Of a stretch of 64,000 nt of DNA, positions 58,076 through 64,000 are shown piece after piece. The position numbers and the translations under genes were made by a program. The DNA is taken from the NCBI GenBank assembly GCA_951406725.2, contig OX597830.1:9114001-9178000 (forward strand), in the 5' to 3' direction. The notes beneath the pieces are model-generated. The model saw only the letters and a program-made list of their open reading frames with translations. It was not told the DNA's origin and did no database searches. Each line of letters begins with the position of its first letter. Positions within the stretch are counted from its first letter, which is position 1. The stretch comes from Octopus vulgaris (Eukaryota).

Positions 58076-59001
58076 GTTTTTTTTTTGCCATACATCCTAT
58101 CCGGGTCGATGAAAGAAGTACGAGTTGAAAATATTGGAGTCGATGTAATCGACTAGCTATATGTATACATATATATAGGTATATGTTTGGGTGTCTGTGT
58201 TTGTCCCCCTCCAACATCGCTCGACAGCCGATGCTGGTGTGTTTACGTCCCCGTCACTAAGCTTACAAAGAATAAGTCCTGGGGTCGATTTGCTCGACTA
58301 AAAGCGGTGCTCCAGCATGAGCTCCATGATATGATGGAAACAAAAAAAAAAGAATAAAAGGCTAAAAGGATCCCTAGTAATACTAATATTGCTGGTCTAC
58401 CATCTTCGAGGGAAATTATTTATTTCCTCTATCTCCCAGATCATACTCCAAAAGCAACACCCTATCGCCACCAAGCACACTACTACTGCCACCTGGAGAG
58501 CTGCCCACAGAACTTGAACTGCAATGATCACAAAATAACAAACTAGAATCACGGCCAGAAACGCAACACTTGCAACTACTATCCCAGCCACAACAATTAC
58601 CGCAAAAATAATTATTGGCTTCGTTATTTGCACTATAAATACAAGCACACTTATTACTGCAGCTGCATAAACCACTGCAACATCATAATGTCCAAGTATC
58701 GTCTCAACGACTTCAGCTCCAATTGCTACCTGTACAGTCACCGCTTTAACAACTGCCACCTACACACAGCAAACAGCTGTAAACAACTGACAACGACAAA
58801 CGCGTCACACCTCACAACATCCTGTTTACCTGCAATCGCAAATGTGCGCGCACAAACACACACACACACAAAAGCATGGCTGTGAGGTAAGAAGCTTGCT
58901 TTCCACTCACATGTTTCCGTGTTAAGGGCCACTACATGGCATTTTGGGCAGGTAATTTCTGGTAGAGCCTCGGACAGACTAATGACTTCTGAGTGGATTT
59001 C

Positions 59002-59133
<132 letters not shown>

Positions 59134-59370
59134 GATGTAGTATGAAATTTTGTCAGTAATCAGTTTGCGGTCTCAAAGCGACGAAAATATTTTGGCAAAT
59201 TAAATTTAAATGTTGAAGTGAATCTAACGGTATTTGTATGTTTTAAATGGCTTATAAATACCTTCCACGCTGAAATTGTTTTCGTTCCAGCACACGAACT
59301 CAGATCAGGTCACTTACTATGCAAGTACATCTCCAACAATATATATATATATATACACGTATATTATTTT

Positions 59371-59742
59371 ATTCTTTTACTTGTTTCAGTTATTTGACTG
59401 CGACTATGTTGGGGCACCGCCTTTAGTCGAACGAATCGATCCCCAGGACTTATTCTTTGAAACTCTAATACTTATTCTATCGCTCATTTATGCTGAACCG
59501 CTATCTTACGGGGACGAAAGCATACCAGCATCAGTTGTCAAGATATGGTGGGCGGGACAAATATAGACACCGACACAAACACACACACATACATATATAT
59601 ATACAACGGGCTTCTTTCAGTTTCCCTCTAACAAATTCACTCACAAGGATTTGTTCGTCCCGAGGCTATAGTAGAAGACGCTTGCCCAAGGTGCCACGCA
59701 GTGGGACTGAACCTGGAACCATGTGGTTGGGAAGCAAGCTTC
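59371..59742 (-). mobile_element. SINE family A
   Basis: Collinear with 2794-3217. Confidence 0.8.
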
Positions 59743-59883
59743 ATCCCGCAGTCACTTCTGTGTCTACACACACACACGCACACACATATATACGTATATA
59801 TATATATTTTTCTACACGTATATATACACATATATAAACAAATATATATATATTTTTTTCTACACGTATATATATACATATGT

Positions 59884-60172
59884 GGAGGCGCAATGGCCCA
59901 GTGGTTAGGGCAGCGGACTCGCGGTCGTAGGATCGCGGTTTCGATTCCCAGACCGGGCGTTGTGAGTGTTTATTGAGCGAAAACACCTAAAAGCTCCACG
60001 AGGCTCCGGCAGGGGGTGGTGATCCCTGCTGTACTCCTTCACCACTCTTTCTTCTGTTGGCCTGCTCACTTAGCCAGCGGGGTGGCGTCATTCGAAGGCT
60101 AAAACAATGCGAACGCATTGTGACCAGCGATGTGTAACTACATCTGATGGACTGGTCGGTCACGTGATCACG
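59884..60172 (+). mobile_element. SINE family B head with an alternative tail
   Basis: Family B head followed by cttagccagcggggtgg...ggtcacgtgatcacgtga; the tail is also seen reversed near 39092-39207. Confidence 0.8.
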
Positions 60173-60252
60173 TGATATATATATACATATATATAGATAC
60201 ATACAAACATACATATATATAAATATATATATATATACATATACCCCCTCAT

Positions 60253-60292
<40 letters not shown>

Positions 60293-60307
60293 AGTATATA
60301 TACACAG

Positions 60308-60400
<93 letters not shown>

Positions 60401-60468
60401 CAAAACGCACGCTGTCTGAATAAAAAGAAACAAAAACAAAACAATTCGAACTGGAAAGTAAAACTTAC

Positions 60469-60687
60469 TTCAACATTGCAGTGATTCCGTTTTTGAAATT
60501 CGTGTTTCGTTCTTTTCCATTCTTTCCGTGCAAACTGCGAACTGTTCCAAGTTGTTGTTGTTGATGTTGTTGTTTTTGTTTTTGCTGTTTTTGTTTTTGT
60601 TTTTGCTGTTGCTGTTTTTGTTGTTATTTGCGGCTGCTGTTCTTCTTTTTATCGCTGTCGGTACTTCCGCTGATGCTCTCCCGAACC
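60469..60687 (-). other. Candidate upstream (5'UTR/uORF) exon of minus-strand gene
   Basis: tattctgcggcag| acceptor and AA|gtaagt donor; 219 nt; all three frames contain a stop. Confidence 0.55.
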
Positions 60688-60900
60688 CTGCCGCAGAATA
60701 AGCATAGTGAAAGTTGTACTCTCAACCCACGTGATCGCTGTTGTTGTTGATATTGCTGTTGTCGTAGCAGCTAGCTGTTGTTGTTGTTGTTAATGCAACT
60801 GTTGCTTGTTTTCCAATTGTTCTTATTGTTATTATTACTGTTACAGCTACGGTTGCCAGGTATTGCCTACCTATGACATAAGTAGTAGTAGTAGTAGTAA

Positions 60901-60939
<39 letters not shown>

Positions 60940-62124
60940 TAGTAGTGGGTATTATAGGAGTGGTGGTGGTGATAATCATTTGATTAATAGAATCGACCAC
61001 TTTCTGATGGAATTCGTCAACATACCGGAGAAAATGCTTAACAATATTTCGTCCAACTTCACGTTCTTAGTTCAAACCCCGCCGAGGTCGACTTTGGCTT
61101 TCATCCTTTCGGGGTCGATTAAATAAGTACCAGTTACGCACTGGGGGTGGTCGATGTATTCGAATAGTTCCCCCACTCTCCTCCCGAAATTGCTGGCCTT
61201 GTGCTTGTTATAGAAAGGATTAATATTGTTGTTGCTGCTGTTATTAATTAATTAAATTAAATAATTAATTAAATTAATTAATCAATTATTATTTGCTGGT
61301 AGTGGTTGTTTTAGTAATTTTAGACATTATCTTTCTCAAGAAAGAATTGGCAACAACCACCTGACCATCAGCGCCAGCACCACCGCTGCCACCACCACCA
61401 CCACCACCATTAGCATCACGACCTCTTCCTCCTCCTCTTCCTCCTCCTACTACAACCATTACCACCACGCAACACCCACCACCGTCGAATCACTATCACT
61501 ACCACTACTACTACCACCACACTGACTACCAACACAGTATCTGCTAGAGCTACGACTGTCGTCTTCACAACTACCACAGCTACTACCACCGCCACAACCA
61601 CTACAGTTATAACTACCACCACCACAACTACTACAGAAATAATGATCGTCACTACAGAACCAGTAATTACATCTACCACCTTCACACAATGTACAGCTGT
61701 TACCACAATCCCAACTGCCGCCGATACCACAATTACGTCCCTAATTACATCCACAATAGATAGATGAAACACTTTTTCAGCTACCAGATCTACTAGCACC
61801 CATACAATAATAATAATAATAATATACACATCTAACATCTCAGCAACTACAGCTCTACAACCTCTACAGCCACCACATTCAAAACTACTACCCTCACAAA
61901 ACAAAATAGTTGTACTCAAGTGAAAACCACATCCGTTCGCACCTCACTACATCATGTATACACACACACACACAAGCATGCATGAATACATATATACATG
62001 TATGCACATGTAGAGATGTGTAGAAGCACCTGAACAATTATATAGACACACATTCATATATAGATCCATCCGTACATAGGCACGCGCACGCACACACACC
62101 TCTCTCTATATATACATATATACG

Positions 62125-62166
<42 letters not shown>

Positions 62167-62366
62167 CATACAAGTATATATATATATATATATATATATA
62201 CAGGTATATATATATGTATATATATACGAGTATATATACACAGGTATATGTACATATACAAGTATATATACACAGGTAAATATATATATATGCATATACC
62301 TGTGTATATATACTTGTATATATATATACATATATATATATACCTGTATATATATATACTTGTATG

Positions 62367-62398
<32 letters not shown>

Positions 62399-62964
62399 CA
62401 AGCATATATACATAGATAGATATATATATGTATATATACAAGTATATACACAGGTATATATGTATGTATATATACAGGTACATACACACACAAGTATATA
62501 CACACGCATACGTACATTTACAAACGAACATGTAGATACAAGTTTTTAAAGTTGCTTGCGAATCTTCTCCATCGTCATCGCCATCACTGCCGCCGCCATC
62601 ATCCGTTCCAGCACGACCAACCACCATTGTTCTTCTCATCAGCCCTGACCACCGCCACCACCGCCACCACCACCACAACCAGTACAACTACCGCCACAGC
62701 TACCACCAGTACCATCGCAACAACAACTCCCCCACCACCATCTCAACCACAACCATCGTCATTATTATTGGCATCATCATCATCACCACTACCATCATCA
62801 TCATCATCATCACCACTACCATCATCACCATCATCGTAATCATCGTTCTCCTCCTCCTCCTCATCCTCCTTTTCCTCCACCTCCTCAATCACCTATCATG
62901 ACCACTCATTTAATGATTATTGACACCTGTATTTTTTATGTTGTATTTGCATGAAAAGGCATAC

Positions 62965-63215
62965 CTGTGCGCGTGCACGAATACATCAAACCCCCGCCGC
63001 CTACAACCCACCCCCACACAAACACGGATACACACTCACACGCACACACACACACACACACACACGCGCGCGCGCGGCTGTATCTGAAGGTTGCTGTCCG
63101 AACAGGGATGAAACGATTAGACAGTGTCTCAGGTGTTGGACTTTTCATTAGAAGCACTCGTTTTCCCCTCTTCGACCGCATTACGCCCTCTCGCTTTTCT
63201 TTTCAGAGCAGAAAA
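62965..63215 (-). other. Candidate upstream exon of minus-strand gene
   Basis: cattgtag| acceptor and CAG|gtatgc donor; contains an ATG at 63181 and a (GT)n tract. Confidence 0.35.
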
Positions 63216-63240
63216 CTACAATGTAGATTATCTTAATGTC

Positions 63241-63475
63241 ACACACACGCAGAGAAAACACACACACACACGCAGAAAAACACACACACACGCAGAAAAA
63301 CACACACACACACGCAGAAAAACACACACACACGCAGAAAAACACACACACACGCAGAAAAACACACACACACACGCAGAAAAACACACACACACGCAGA
63401 AAAACACACACACACACGCAGAAAAACACAGACACACACACACGCAGAAAAACACACACACACACACACACACAA
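63241..63475. repeat. Minisatellite of 20-24 bp, cgcagaaaaa(ca)n
   Basis: About 10 tandem copies. Confidence 0.92.
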
Positions 63476-63869
63476 ACACACGCATACACTCACACACGCG
63501 TACACTCACACACGCATACACTCACACACGCATGCATTCACACACTCGCACGCGCACACACACACACACACATACACGCAAACGCACACACTCACATACA
63601 CACAGACTCGCACAAATACATACACACTTACGCACGCATATACAGAACTGCACGCACACATACTCGCTCACATACACACAGACACACACTCACATGCTTC
63701 TATGTATGCATGTAAAAAATAATAAAAATGGTTCAGAGTGAAATAGATTTACGAGATTAAAATATCCGAGAAGAAAACATAAGAGAACACAAACTCTTTC
63801 AACCCCACATCAGTTGTCGGCCAGATATCAGCACAATTTCGACATCTGTATATACATGCTACACACACA

Positions 63870-64000
63870 CACCTCCTTTTCCTCTCCTTTTTTTTCTCTC
63901 CTTTTCTCTCTCCTTGTTTTTTTTTGTGTCCCTTTCTGTAGAAGAGCGTAGGCTCGAGACGTAAAAGACTTTTTCTATTCCTGAGCGTTAAACTAATACA
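63870..64000 (+). mobile_element. Short Penelope-derived element with degenerate hammerhead motif (63932-63967), runs off the window
   Basis: ctttCTGTAGAAGAGCGTAGGCTCGAGACGTAaaag; homologous to 22977-23175. Confidence 0.6.

Noticed and set aside
59884-59956. tRNA gene candidates (also near 8145, 632 and 48535)
   Set aside because: They lack a full cloverleaf and run straight into multi-copy SINE bodies.
61380-61920. Mucin-like or Val-rich ORFs (also 58397-58800 and 62570-62890)
   Set aside because: Degenerate (ACC/ACT/ATC)n repeats without consistent splice signals.

Overview
AT-rich, microsatellite-dense eukaryotic DNA. The SINE and Penelope-like repeat families look like those of an octopus (coleoid cephalopod) genome; this is inferred, not verified. 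Two convergent spliced genes are visible. (1) The last two coding exons of a CFAP90/C5orf49-like ciliary gene lie on + (1-72, 2583-2711). (2) An unrecognised low-complexity protein gene spans about 54 kb on -, with candidate 5' exons at 63216-62965 and 60687-60469, coding exons at 45025-44912, 42205-42152, 28953-28351 and 10669-9434, and a 3'UTR reaching about 8560. All coding junctions are phase 0, but an in-frame TGA lies 3 nt before the last junction and separates 255 codons from a further open stretch of 412 codons. This could be readthrough, recoding or a nonsense allele. The rest of the window is repeats: three tRNA-derived SINE families, CR1-, RTE- and Penelope-type retroelement fragments, hAT, Tc1/mariner and fold-back MITEs, and non-autonomous Helitrons including a head-to-tail dimer. 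There are also more than ten hammerhead-ribozyme-like motifs in short Penelope/retrozyme-like units inserted in (TA)n tracts. Most ORFs in the supplied track are microsatellite artefacts.
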